Assembly: GCA_013288325.1 (NCBI GenBank)
Contig: JABDCB010000001.1
Location: 44,287-108,286, forward strand
Source: Bacteroidota bacterium
GTDB lineage: Bacteria > Bacteroidota > Bacteroidia > Palsa-965
Direction: 5' to 3'
Length of the DNA stretch: 64,000 bases
In this document: positions 26,655 through 37,067 of the stretch, in pieces
Position numbering within the stretch: the stretch's first letter is position 1
Layout of the letters: every line of letters begins with the position of its first letter
Translations under genes and position numbers: made by a program
The notes under the pieces: model-generated
Told to the model about the DNA's origin: nothing
The model's input: the letters and a program-made list of their open reading frames with translations, nothing else
The model's database searches: none

Positions 26655-28718
26655 TTACCAGATCCGGATCCGGTCTTCCGGCTTTTTATACAGCTTATCG
26701 CCGGGTTTAATATCAAAGGCTTTGTACCAGGCATCCATATTAACGGGAGTGCCTATGGCGCGGTACATACCCGGAGAATGGTTATCGGTAAGGATGAGCT
26801 GTGCGGCGGTTTCGGGCAGGGTATTGGTTCTCCATACCTGTGCCCAGGCCAGAAAGAAACGCTGATCAGGTGTAAAGCCATCAATCTTTTCATTCGACAT
26901 ACCCTGTTTGGTCATCTTGAATGCTTCGTAGGCTGCATTGAGACCGCCCAGATCGCCTATGTTTTCGCCCATGGTGAGTTTGCCGTTTACATGGATGGTA
27001 TCGAGTACGGTATAGGCATCAAACTGTTCCTGCAGGGTTTTTGTTTTGGCTTTGAAATGCTGCATGTCTTCGTCAGTCCACCAGTTGCGGAGCGATCCGT
27101 CTTTGTCGTATTTGCTTCCGGAATCATCAAAGCCATGGGAAATTTCATGTCCTATTACGGCGCCTATACCTCCATAGTTAACGGCATCATCGGCTGTAGG
27201 ATCAAAAAACGGCCATTGCAGGATACCGGCAGGGAATACGATTTCATTTAATTCGGGACTGTAATATGCATTCACCGTTGGAGGCGTCATACCAAAACGT
27301 TTACGATCCACCGGTTTACCCAGCTGATTCACCATATCCTGATAGTTCCAGGTGGCGGCATTGCGTACATTCTGGAAAAAGGTTTTGCGGTTTATCACAA
27401 GACCATTATACGTCTTCCATTTTTCCGGATATCCTATTTTAGGGTTGAGGGCATGTAATTTGTCAATGGCTTTTTGTTTGGTAGCAGCCGTCATCCAGTC
27501 CAATCCCTGAATACGGATCTCATAGGCCTTAATCAGATTTTTGATCATCTCATCCATCCGGACTTTAGCCTGCTGATTAAAGTATTTGGCCACATACAGC
27601 TGACCCAATAGCTCGCCTATGCTGCGGTCGGTAAGTCCCGACATACGCTCCCAGCGTGGGGTCTGTGCTTTTTGTCCGGTGAGTACTTTATTGAATTCAA
27701 AAGTGGCATCTACAAAAGGGGAGCTTAGGAAAGGAGCTGCACTTCTGATTACGTTCCATTGCAGGTATACCTGCCAGTCGGCAACGGGTGTAGATGTTAA
27801 GAGTGCATTGAGGCTGACAAAGAAGGCCGGGTTGCTTACGATCACCGAATCCTGTCCGGGTGTTTTCATATCTGCAAACAAGGCTTTCCAATCCAGGAGA
27901 GGTGTGGTCTTGCTCAGATCTGCCACCGAAAATTTATTGTAGGTTTTAACCGGATCGCGCATCTCTACTTTGGGTAGTTCGTTTTCGGCAAACTTCTTTT
28001 CCAGTGCAAAAACGACTTCTGCATTTTTATCCGCATCGGCGGCTGATACGCCTGTCAACTTAAAGAGTGTGGACACATAACTTTTATATGCTTCCTGTAC
28101 TTTTACTTTGCGGGGATCGGATTTCAGATAATAGTCACGGTCGGGCAACGAGATTCCCCCCTGATTCAATTGTGGCAGGAGGTGTTCAGGATTTTTACGA
28201 TCCTGATCCACAGAAAAACCGAACATAGGATGGCTGGTGCCGTTTATTCTCATGGCAGCCGTTTCATGCAGAATAGCTTTAAGGTCTTTGAGTTCTTTTA
28301 TTTTTTTGAGTTCTGCATCAATGGGCTGGTGTCCTGCTTTTTCGATAGTGATGCTATCCATTCCGGCAGCATAAAAATCGCCAACTCTTTTCTCGATGGA
28401 ATCGGCGCCGGATGTTTTGGCTGCAGCGGCTTCCAGAAGTCCTTTGAGGGCTTTTGAATTGGCCTCTCTCAGCTCATTAAAGCTGCCCCAACGGGTTTCT
28501 TTGGCAGGTACGGGGTTATTCTTGAGCCAGGTTCCATTGGCATAATGGTAAAAATCATCTCCCGGTTTTATCTGAAGATCCATATTGGTTTTATCCAAAA
28601 ATGGCTTTTTGGAAGGATCATCAGGAAGAACAGTGGCACGTACCGCTATCAGTGCAACGGTTCCGATAATGACGGCATGTAAGGAAGTATTGCCTAATAC
28701 GCGTTTTAATTTTGTCAT
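26655..28718 (-). CDS. M13 family metalloendopeptidase (PepO/neprilysin-like)
   Basis: VNAYY, GHEISHGFD zinc motif, GENIGD; start revised to MTKLKR. Confidence 0.95.
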   Translation of the reverse strand: MTKLKRVLGNTSLHAVIIGTVALIAVRATVLPDDPSKKPFLDKTNMDLQIKPGDDFYHYANGTWLKNNPVPAKETRWGSFNELREANSKALKGLLEAAAAKTSGADSIEKRVGDFYAAGMDSITIEKAGHQPIDAELKKIKELKDLKAILHETAAMRINGTSHPMFGFSVDQDRKNPEHLLPQLNQGGISLPDRDYYLKSDPRKVKVQEAYKSYVSTLFKLTGVSAADADKNAEVVFALEKKFAENELPKVEMRDPVKTYNKFSVADLSKTTPLLDWKALFADMKTPGQDSVIVSNPAFFVSLNALLTSTPVADWQVYLQWNVIRSAAPFLSSPFVDATFEFNKVLTGQKAQTPRWERMSGLTDRSIGELLGQLYVAKYFNQQAKVRMDEMIKNLIKAYEIRIQGLDWMTAATKQKAIDKLHALNPKIGYPEKWKTYNGLVINRKTFFQNVRNAATWNYQDMVNQLGKPVDRKRFGMTPPTVNAYYSPELNEIVFPAGILQWPFFDPTADDAVNYGGIGAVIGHEISHGFDDSGSKYDKDGSLRNWWTDEDMQHFKAKTKTLQEQFDAYTVLDTIHVNGKLTMGENIGDLGGLNAAYEAFKMTKQGMSNEKIDGFTPDQRFFLAWAQVWRTNTLPETAAQLILTDNHSPGMYRAIGTPVNMDAWYKAFDIKPGDKLYKKPEDRIRIW

Positions 28719-28931
28719 GGGTTCTTTTTCGTTAGTAATGGATGATCGTATTTGTTCAGTTCCATATCCCTGATACAAATAGTGGCTGCTGCTTATTTAC
28801 GATATCCGCGTGAATGTACAGAAGTTTTTTGATAAATTCATTTACCGGAAATATGCAGGAAATAAGAATGAGCCGGGTAATAATAAATCCTACATTCGTT
28901 TTATTAAACAACTTCCGAATAACTGCCTCTC

Positions 28932-29537
28932 ATGGACATCGTTAATCCGAAAGATATTAAACGCCTCCTCCGTATGGATGATGTGTTTGCCCGTATTCAG
29001 GAACAGTATGGATCGCCGCCTTCCTGGTCGCGTCCTGCCGGTTTTATTTCTCTGTCTCAGATTATCCTGGAGCAACAGGTAAGTCTGGCTTCGGCAAAGG
29101 CTCATTTTTTGAAACTAAAAGGTCATATAAAAACAGTTACTCCGCGTAAGATATTAACGCTATCGGATGAGGAAATGAGAGCGTGTCAAATAAGCAGACA
29201 AAAATCGGTGTATCTGAGAGCATTGTCAACGGCTGTGCTGGATAAAAGCCTGGAGCTGGATAAGCTGGAACAACTGCATCATACGGAAGTGCGGAAACAG
29301 CTTACGGCTATCAAAGGTATCGGGGACTGGACCACCGATATTTATCTTATGTTTTGTCTGCAAGCTAAAGATGTTTTCCCCATCGGTGATATTGCAGTGG
29401 TTAATACGATCAAGGAATTTTATGAGGTGAAAAAGAAAGAAGAGATGCTGGAGCTGGCAGAAAGCTGGAAACCACTCCGGTCCCTGGCTACTTATTTCTT
29501 ATGGCATCATTATCTGAAAAAAAGAAACAGATCGTAA
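28932..29537 (+). CDS. alkA: DNA-3-methyladenine glycosylase II (AlkA, HhH-GPD family)
   Basis: ILEQQVS, LTAIKGIGDWT HhH, FPIGD, WKPLRS. Confidence 0.85.
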   Translation: MDIVNPKDIKRLLRMDDVFARIQEQYGSPPSWSRPAGFISLSQIILEQQVSLASAKAHFLKLKGHIKTVTPRKILTLSDEEMRACQISRQKSVYLRALSTAVLDKSLELDKLEQLHHTEVRKQLTAIKGIGDWTTDIYLMFCLQAKDVFPIGDIAVVNTIKEFYEVKKKEEMLELAESWKPLRSLATYFLWHHYLKKRNRS

Positions 29538-29544
29538 GGCTCTC

Positions 29545-31569
29545 TTACCGGATCACCGTTACAAAGCCCTTTATCAAACCAGCCTCGGTTTGTTCGTTAC
29601 AATCTTTGTAACGCGCCAGGATATAATAGGTACCGTCGCTGGTATCGGGTTTCCAGATACAGGCGGGGTCGGTACTTTCAAAAACAAGCTTTCCCCAGCG
29701 ATCATAAATCTGCACCTGCAGGGTGGTGAAATCATACTTAGAAAAATCAATACGATTGTTGACATCTCCGCTGGTAGGAGTTACGATGTTGGGAAAGATG
29801 GGAGGGCTGTATAGTGTTACATGAATGGTATCCGAATTCCGGCATCCTGCTGCGCTGGTTACGGTTACCGAGTAGTTACCTGATCGGATGGCGGTAATCT
29901 GTTTGCTTGTGGCTCCGGTATTCCATATACAGGGATATGACGTGCCGGCCGTAAGCGTGCAGGAGGTGCGACAGCTGACAGTATCTTTGGCAAGCTGCAG
30001 CGTGGGGATGCTGTCGATGGCAACGGTGAAACTATCGGTGGCGGTGCAGAAATCAGCGAGTGAATATTGAACCCAATAATTTCCCGGTGCAGGAAGCGTA
30101 TGATCGGGGAGCGTATATCCATCATTCCATAAATAGGAGAGGGTATTGGGATAAGTGGCATGCAGGGTAAGCGGCACCCAGGTATTGCTGCAAACAACAG
30201 TATCGCGCAATACACGGATCACCGGAGGATGGGTAAGCGAAACATAAAAGGAATCGATGAGGCGGCAGCCTGCGGCCGAGATGTCTGTTACACTGTAATT
30301 TCCAAATGTGTTGATCGTAATGGTTTGGGAAGTATCCCCGTTGGACCAATGGTAGTTTGTGTTGCCTGCTCCGGCATCCAGTACATAAGATGGAAAGGTG
30401 CATAGGGGCAATGGGTGTGGAGTGAAAACAGGTGGGGGGGTACCCATATCAATAAAGTTGGGCAATCCGAAAGCGCAACTGTCGGATGCGGCAAGCGCCA
30501 CGCTGTTGGCTACAAACGTGCAGGTGAGCGAAGCGGGGTTCTGAATAAGGGAAAGAAAACGGCGGGCATAAACGGTTACATAGATATTTCCATCGGGTCC
30601 CAGCTGGATAGCGCCTAAGCCATACAATCCGGTATTGATGGTTCGCTGAGAAGCGAGTATAACAGACGGAATACCGCTGCTTAGATCATACTGAAAAATA
30701 GGTCCTGTAAAATCGCTGACATATACTTTGGAGTTATCGGCCGAGAAGGCAACACCATACGGTAAATGGGTGCCATTGGTACCGGTGGTGCCGGGATAGA
30801 TAACGGTGAAGGGATTGCTTACTACGCCGGATGAATTATCAAAATCGGCCATTTCAAAAACAGAGCTGTATTCAATCGTATAAGCCAGGTATCTTCCATT
30901 GGGTGATGGCCTCAGGTATCCGCTGGCTTCATCTACGGGTCCTTGCTGAATCGTGCCCACATTGGAAACTACAGGCACCGGGTTAATACCTGAAGCACTG
31001 AGGAGATAAGCATTGAAAGCATTGCTGTTGTAGGAATGGGTTATGATCCAGAAATCGGTTCCATTGCAATGTTTAACGGCAGTAAGTTTTTCGGTTGCGG
31101 GGGGAGGGGTGAGGACTTGGTTTTTCAGCGATACATCACCGAGTCCACCGTTCAGTGTCATATCAATGATGGAATAATGGACTCCCTGATTGACGGTGGA
31201 TATACGATCATCGCAGGTCATGAGATAATAAAGCGTGGTGCTACCCGGTTTTTGAATGATCAAGGCAGCCTGGGTGGCGTCACCATTACCGCCAATGAGA
31301 CCTGTTCCATTTGGCATGGGATTATTATTTCTGTCCCAAACGATGCTTCCGTCCGAATAAAACAAAAGAGCTCCGGTGTTTTTATCGCTTATGGAAGCAC
31401 AGCCGGTCATCACGGAAAGTGCACCGGAAGAAGCAACAGGAGTTCCGCTGCTGAAATCAATGGCATTATGAAATCCGAATTGCCAATGCCAGCTTTCTTT
31501 ACCAAGCTGGGCCTGTAAAGGAATGGTAAAGGTGAGAACCAGAAGGGAAAAAATAAAACGGAGGTTCAC
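29545..31569 (-). CDS. T9SS type-B CTD protein with N-terminal beta-propeller
   Basis: WQFG..IDFSSG, LLFYSDG, QLGPDG propeller motifs; Ig-like repeats; divergent CTD FPNIVTP..IYDRWG..TVIR; GTG start inferred. Confidence 0.85.
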   Translation of the reverse strand: MNLRFIFSLLVLTFTIPLQAQLGKESWHWQFGFHNAIDFSSGTPVASSGALSVMTGCASISDKNTGALLFYSDGSIVWDRNNNPMPNGTGLIGGNGDATQAALIIQKPGSTTLYYLMTCDDRISTVNQGVHYSIIDMTLNGGLGDVSLKNQVLTPPPATEKLTAVKHCNGTDFWIITHSYNSNAFNAYLLSASGINPVPVVSNVGTIQQGPVDEASGYLRPSPNGRYLAYTIEYSSVFEMADFDNSSGVVSNPFTVIYPGTTGTNGTHLPYGVAFSADNSKVYVSDFTGPIFQYDLSSGIPSVILASQRTINTGLYGLGAIQLGPDGNIYVTVYARRFLSLIQNPASLTCTFVANSVALAASDSCAFGLPNFIDMGTPPPVFTPHPLPLCTFPSYVLDAGAGNTNYHWSNGDTSQTITINTFGNYSVTDISAAGCRLIDSFYVSLTHPPVIRVLRDTVVCSNTWVPLTLHATYPNTLSYLWNDGYTLPDHTLPAPGNYWVQYSLADFCTATDSFTVAIDSIPTLQLAKDTVSCRTSCTLTAGTSYPCIWNTGATSKQITAIRSGNYSVTVTSAAGCRNSDTIHVTLYSPPIFPNIVTPTSGDVNNRIDFSKYDFTTLQVQIYDRWGKLVFESTDPACIWKPDTSDGTYYILARYKDCNEQTEAGLIKGFVTVIR

Positions 31570-31646
31570 GGAGCATCGATTTTCGGAGACTAAAGTTAGG
31601 CTAAGAAAGCCAATCTTCAAAGGTGCCGGTAATGATGACGCAGAAT

Positions 31647-31946
31647 CTATACTTTGAAGGTGAGCAGCCAGGCAACAGCCTCTTCTTCTTGTTTAAAGGT
31701 TTTTACCGGACTTGCAGCTTTATCGAGCATAGTCATGTGATTCACAATAAGGTGAGTGCCTGCACCTTCAGAAAGGATGGCGGTAGCAATCCGGTTCTTA
31801 TTTCTGAAATTGGTACGCATGAATTTTACCGCTTCATTGGTAAGGGTATGAAATGGACGGGCATCAATCAGTGCCAGTATGGGTTTATCGGTAAGTGTTT
31901 CAAATATGAAAGACAATTTGTCAGCAAATTTTATTCTGAAATTCAC
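31647..31946 (-). pseudogene. STAS/SEC14(SpoIIAA)-like small protein, apparently 5'-truncated
   Basis: LIDAR...EAVKFM...ATAIL...PVKTFKQEEEAVAWL; only a GTG start, with in-frame TAG codons just upstream where the repeat region begins. Confidence 0.45.
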
Positions 31947-32560
31947 GAACAGGTACTATAGCTACACCGATAAACTCTCCATCTAAAGGAAAAGACTATT
32001 TTCCTTTAGATGGAGAGTCTTTTCCTTCACCGATTGTATCTCCCCGTGAAGAGAATTGTCTTTATTGTCACAAATCCTGACAATTTATTTGAGAATTTGT
32101 CCTTTCGGTACACGAAGAGCATCTCCAGGTAAAAGAAGACGAACAATTCCTTCGACGATTGTGTCTAAAGGTTCAGGAATCCTGTCAATCTGTCCGCAAA
32201 TCCGATCTAAATTCACGAATAGAGCATGTGCCCTCTTACAAAGAGGTACTATGGTTAAAGGAGGAGACTATTTATCTAAAGGAAAATAGTCTATAGCTAA
32301 AGGAAGAGATACAATTCGTGAAGTTGGAGATGGTATCGGTGAAGGAATTGTTCGTTTTCCTGACAATGGAGGTGGTATCGGTGAAGGTTTAGTAAGGATC
32401 GGTGAAGGAGGACATACAATTTGTAAAGGAGGAGGTGTTATATGTGGACAAGGAGATGGTATATGTATGCCTTTTGTACCAATCGGTGAAGGAGGACATA
32501 CAATTTGTATAGGAGGAGATGGTATAGGCGTAGCTTTTGTGTGTATCAGTGAACGTATAC
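31935..32560. repeat. Degenerate 21-bp-period array in both orientations, with a 20-bp perfect hairpin
   Basis: ATCGGTGAAGG motif repeated on + (32335-32495) and inverted near 32020-32035; stem 31974-31993/31999-32018. Confidence 0.8.
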
Positions 32561-32576
32561 GTGGTCATTCTGAACA

Positions 32577-32737
32577 GAAGGGCGGCAAAAGTCCGGTGAA
32601 CTTTTGAGCGAGCTAGTGTGAAAGCCAGCTAACATCCTCCCCCTTGCCCCCTCCGAAGGGGGATATGCTTTCACACATGCTCGCTCAATCCCGCACTGCG
32701 GGATTGCCGTCCCTCCGGAGGGGGCAAGGGGGAGGAT
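32577..32737. repeat. REP/MITE-like nested palindromic element
   Basis: Arms 32577-32588/32704-32715, 32604-32625/32667-32688 and 32634-32661/32711-32737; internal AATCCCGCA-C-TGCGGGATT. Confidence 0.8.
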
Positions 32738-32842
32738 AACGTTTTAAATACAAGTTAATAATCTCATATCCTCATCAACCAAACCAGAAAATAATACAAT
32801 TTCATTCTATATTTACAGATCAACTTTTAAAACCACAAAACG

Positions 32843-33259
32843 ATGTCAAACAAATTATTTTCCAATGTATACCTCACCTTTAACGGTAACTGCCGGGAGG
32901 CCATGACTTTTTACAATGATTGCTTAGGCGGCAAGCTCGAGATGATGGATTTCGGTGATTCACCTGTAGAGGTTCCTGCCAGCGGGAAAAAACTGGTGCT
33001 GCATTCCAATATTCAACGAGAAGGAATTACGCTGATGGCTTCCGATACCACACCGGATCGTGCTGTAACGGTGGGACAGAATGCGTCCATCTCCATTAAT
33101 TGCGAAAACGCTGCACAGGCCGATTCATTTTATGGCAAGCTTTCCGTAGGTGGAAAACAAACCATGCCCATGCAGAAAACATTCTGGGGTGCATACTTCG
33201 GAATGCTGACCGATAAATTCGGAGTGCAGTGGATGTTTAATTTTGACGAGCCCAAATAA
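32843..33259 (+). CDS. VOC/glyoxalase family protein (PhnB-like)
   Basis: YLTFNGNCREAMTFY, LMASD, MPMQKTFWGAYFGMLTDKFGVQW. Confidence 0.93.
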   Translation: MSNKLFSNVYLTFNGNCREAMTFYNDCLGGKLEMMDFGDSPVEVPASGKKLVLHSNIQREGITLMASDTTPDRAVTVGQNASISINCENAAQADSFYGKLSVGGKQTMPMQKTFWGAYFGMLTDKFGVQWMFNFDEPK

Positions 33260-33266
33260 AAACTCA

Positions 33267-36200
33267 TCAGCGTACTAAGCTGATGTCTCCTTTCTGCGTT
33301 ACCGCTTGACCATTGAGCAAGGTAGCCTGCAGATAATAAACAAATACCGCCGTATTCATGGGTTGCCCGTGAAAGGCCCCGTCCCAGCATTGGGATGGGC
33401 TGGCGGAGGTGAATACACATTCGCCCCAGCGGTCGTATATGTTTATAGTCATTGTTTGTATACAACGTCCGTATACGCATAGATAGTCATTCACTCCATC
33501 TGCATTGGGCGAAAAATAATTCGGCACATACACTTCCCCGCAGGTAGCATCGACCGTAATAATAACACAGGAGCTATCCACACACCCTCCGCTGTTACTT
33601 ACTCTTACGCAATATTCTGTTGTAGCCAATGGGGTTGCCACCGGATGCGCGCAGGTGGAGCAACTGAGTGTGGATGCAGGGCTCCATAAATAAGTACCGC
33701 CTCCGTTTGCATTTAATATAGTAGAGGAACCGATATGGATGGTGGTATCTATTCCGGCAAAAGCCACCGGAATGCTGTCGGCCTGAACTGTTGCTGTGGC
33801 AGTTGCCGTGCATCCGTTGGCATCAGTTACTATGCAGGTATAAGTCCCTGATGTAAGCGAAGAGGCGCTGACCGTGTTGCCCCCAGCAGGAGTCCAGCTA
33901 TAGGTAAGCGTTCCTGTACCACCATTTGCAGTGGCACTTGCCGATCCGTTATGCAATCCGCAGACAGGAACGGAAGAAATAGTTTCTGTAATAGCAGTAG
34001 GATTTGTAAGTGTGAGTACCTGCGATTGTGTACAACCTCCTGCATCTGTTACCATACAAGTGTATGTTCCGGCAGTCAGATTGGCTGCTGTAGCTCCGCT
34101 TCCTCCTGCAGGACTCCAACTGTAGGTATAAGGACTCGTGCCTCCGCTGGCATTCACCGTAGCGCTTCCGGTAGCAGCTCCATGGCAAAGCGGATTGTTT
34201 TGTGATGCAAGTGTTACTGCCGGCCCACCGCTACTGGTAAGGGCAACGGTGTTTGTATTGCTGCAGCCATGGGCATCGGTGACGGTACAGGTATAGGTAC
34301 CTGCTGCAAGCGATGTGGCAGTTGCTGATGTTCCTCCGGAGGGCGACCAGGAATAAGTAAATGCTCCGGTTCCCCCGGAAGCAGAAGCGGTAGCTGTTCC
34401 GTTGCTGCTGCCACAGCTGGCAGGCGTGAAAGCAGTTGTTATGGTAATAGAAGAAGGAGCGGTAAGACTGACGGTTTGTGTTTGAATACAACCACCTGCA
34501 TCTGTTACCGTACAGGTGAATGTTCCTCCGCCTAACCCGGTAGCTGTGGCACTCGTACCTCCTGAAGGGCTCCAGCTGTAGGTATAAGGAGCGGTCCCTC
34601 CGCTTACACTTACGGTTGCGTTTCCATTTGTTGATGCGTTACAGGCAGGATTAGTTTGAGCAGACAATGTAACCGTTTGTCCGCTCCCTGCAGCAACAAT
34701 AACCGGTTTGGTAATGGAGTCTTTACCCAGCGTACAATTATAAACAATGAGTTTAACCTGATAGGTTCCGGCAGTTCCATACGTATGTATAGGATTGGGA
34801 AGGGTAGAGGTATCAGCTGCGCCCGATGCAGGATCGCCGAAATTCCAGAGACGGGATTTTATTTCATTGCAATTGGGTACACTGTTGTCCGTGAAAGTCA
34901 CTTTTTGTGAACCGCATCCTGCACCGGCGGTAAAAGTGAAAGCGGCAGACGGTTTGTCGGGCACATATTTCCAAACTTCAAAATGATTATAATAGGACGG
35001 AGAATGAAAAAGTCCTGTGCCATGATCGTGCCAGTTGGCGCCGCCGCAGAGCCAGAGACCATCGCCCAGTAAATAAAAGGCATTGGCTCCTTCCATAGCT
35101 TCGGGTTTGTTAGCTGTTGATGCTACGCCTTTTGTGCCATACACGCCGGTAGTATTGGTTGTGTTATCGCCACTTACCCAGGTCCACAGATTAGTCTTCG
35201 TATTATATCTCCATAAATCGTTGCGATCTTCCTGTCCTATAATTCCATCGTAAAAAGAACCACCCAACATCCAGAGGTTGTCACAGTTATCGGTCCAGTG
35301 TGCACGGGCCTCTATGCGTTGGCATGGAATATTGGAAGCTGCGGGTACGCATTGTGTGCCGTAGTTGCCAACGGGGTTTGCGACAGAAGCACTGGTGCCG
35401 CTCATCCAGGTCCATAACCCGGTAGTGGTACTATACATCCACATATCGTTCAGGGGATTGATGGCACCGGTGGCATCATATCCCCGTCCGCCCCAAAACC
35501 AGATCTGATCCTTGCTGTCTATCCAACCCAGATGTATCTGACGGCAGCCGGGCCAGTTGGTGGCAGCAGCAGTGCCCATGGTGCCATAAACACCTTTCTG
35601 ATCACCTAATTTATTTCCTCCCATAAATGCCCATTGGTTTGTATTAGGATCAAAAGCCCAGAGCTCATTACTATGTCTCCATACAAAACCGGTAGAGTCT
35701 ATGCCTTGTCCTCCAAACAACCAAAGTTTTCCGTGGCTATCGGTTACCGCGCAATCTGTTTCAACTTTCCCGCCCGGAGTATTGGCGGGGGCAAATACTC
35801 CTTTTGTACCATATACTCCTGTGGCATTGGTGGTGTTGGTACCATTCATCCAGGTCCACTGATTGGTAACGGGATCGTATTTCCACATATCATTATAAAA
35901 ATAACTGCCGGCGGTGTTACCTCCTCCGAACATCCAGAACTTACCATTATGATCTGTCCAGGAGGCGGGAGCCAGGAGCCGCACGCCCGGTAGATTGGAA
36001 GTCGAAGGGATGCCTTTGGTTCCCCAGGAGGGGACCGTTCCGCTTACATTCGACCCCGACATCCAGGTCCACATATTGGTAGCCGGATCATACTTCCACA
36101 TATCCGCATGATCATAGGGAGTGCTGGTTTCGTAACCGGCATAGATCCAAAATTTTCCATTCACATCTTTCCATTCGGCGGCTTCATACCGTATGCCCGG

Positions 36201-36356
36201 ATAATTTGTTGCCGATGCCACACCTTGTGCGCCATATACGGTATGACCGTTCATGGCACTGTCGCCGTTTACCCAGGTCCAGGAATTATATACCTGAGCC
36301 GGAACTGCGCAAGAGAGAACGAAGAAAAAATAAAAAGAAAAAAGGCTGCGTTGCAT
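33267..36356 (-). CDS. T9SS type-B CTD protein with kelch/galactose-oxidase-like propeller, PKD and SprB repeats
   Basis: Repeats W..GG...NDMWKYDP.TN.WTWM.G; PKD WNFGD; CTD VPNYFSPNADG..YDRWG..LVR. Confidence 0.9.
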   Translation of the reverse strand: MQRSLFSFYFFFVLSCAVPAQVYNSWTWVNGDSAMNGHTVYGAQGVASATNYPGIRYEAAEWKDVNGKFWIYAGYETSTPYDHADMWKYDPATNMWTWMSGSNVSGTVPSWGTKGIPSTSNLPGVRLLAPASWTDHNGKFWMFGGGNTAGSYFYNDMWKYDPVTNQWTWMNGTNTTNATGVYGTKGVFAPANTPGGKVETDCAVTDSHGKLWLFGGQGIDSTGFVWRHSNELWAFDPNTNQWAFMGGNKLGDQKGVYGTMGTAAATNWPGCRQIHLGWIDSKDQIWFWGGRGYDATGAINPLNDMWMYSTTTGLWTWMSGTSASVANPVGNYGTQCVPAASNIPCQRIEARAHWTDNCDNLWMLGGSFYDGIIGQEDRNDLWRYNTKTNLWTWVSGDNTTNTTGVYGTKGVASTANKPEAMEGANAFYLLGDGLWLCGGANWHDHGTGLFHSPSYYNHFEVWKYVPDKPSAAFTFTAGAGCGSQKVTFTDNSVPNCNEIKSRLWNFGDPASGAADTSTLPNPIHTYGTAGTYQVKLIVYNCTLGKDSITKPVIVAAGSGQTVTLSAQTNPACNASTNGNATVSVSGGTAPYTYSWSPSGGTSATATGLGGGTFTCTVTDAGGCIQTQTVSLTAPSSITITTAFTPASCGSSNGTATASASGGTGAFTYSWSPSGGTSATATSLAAGTYTCTVTDAHGCSNTNTVALTSSGGPAVTLASQNNPLCHGAATGSATVNASGGTSPYTYSWSPAGGSGATAANLTAGTYTCMVTDAGGCTQSQVLTLTNPTAITETISSVPVCGLHNGSASATANGGTGTLTYSWTPAGGNTVSASSLTSGTYTCIVTDANGCTATATATVQADSIPVAFAGIDTTIHIGSSTILNANGGGTYLWSPASTLSCSTCAHPVATPLATTEYCVRVSNSGGCVDSSCVIITVDATCGEVYVPNYFSPNADGVNDYLCVYGRCIQTMTINIYDRWGECVFTSASPSQCWDGAFHGQPMNTAVFVYYLQATLLNGQAVTQKGDISLVR

Positions 36357-36675
36357 GATGAAGGACTCTAGATCAATGTAAAAACTATTTTGCTGATCTC
36401 CTTTCTTTTATGCGAGAATTGCTGGAAGTTGAACGATTGTGTTGTCAGAAAATTTAGGAAGGAGTAATACAATCTATGCACTACTTAAAAAAACATTTTC
36501 TATTATTGATGTTTCAAATATGAAACATGATAAATAGTTTATTTTATCATGTTTTGGGAGCTTCCATAAGGAATAAATAACTGATTAAAGTCAGGCGAAA
36601 AATTGACAAATGCTCTTGAAAATAATTCTATAACGCCGGACTTTTATTAAACAATTAAACCGAATACGCTTTATT

Positions 36676-37059
36676 ATGAAAACGATTGCTTTATATTTCG
36701 CATTGCTCTTTTTGAGTTATAATACGATAGCAGCCCAGCGTTCACCGAACACCTTATCGCCTGCCGAGTTTAAACTTCGATGTGCCAACGCACATGGTAT
36801 TCTGCTGGATGTACGCACACCGGAAGAGTATCTGGCATCCACTATTCCGGGAGCCATCAATATCAATGTGATGGACCCGGATTATTTTGCATCTCATATT
36901 AAGAAGCTGGATAAGAACAAAACCTATTTCCTGTTTTGCGGTACTGGGATGCGTAGCTCGGAAGCCATGGAAGAAATGAAAAAGGCAGGCTTCCTGAAAG
37001 TATATGAACTGAATGGAGGCCTTACAGTCTGGGAAAAATATGATTTGCCTCTGGATTAA
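36676..37059 (+). CDS. Rhodanese-like domain protein, exported
   Basis: LLDVRTPEEY, IPGAININ, CGTGMRS, LNGGL..W. Confidence 0.9.
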   Translation: MKTIALYFALLFLSYNTIAAQRSPNTLSPAEFKLRCANAHGILLDVRTPEEYLASTIPGAININVMDPDYFASHIKKLDKNKTYFLFCGTGMRSSEAMEEMKKAGFLKVYELNGGLTVWEKYDLPLD

Positions 37060-37067
37060 ACCCGAGG

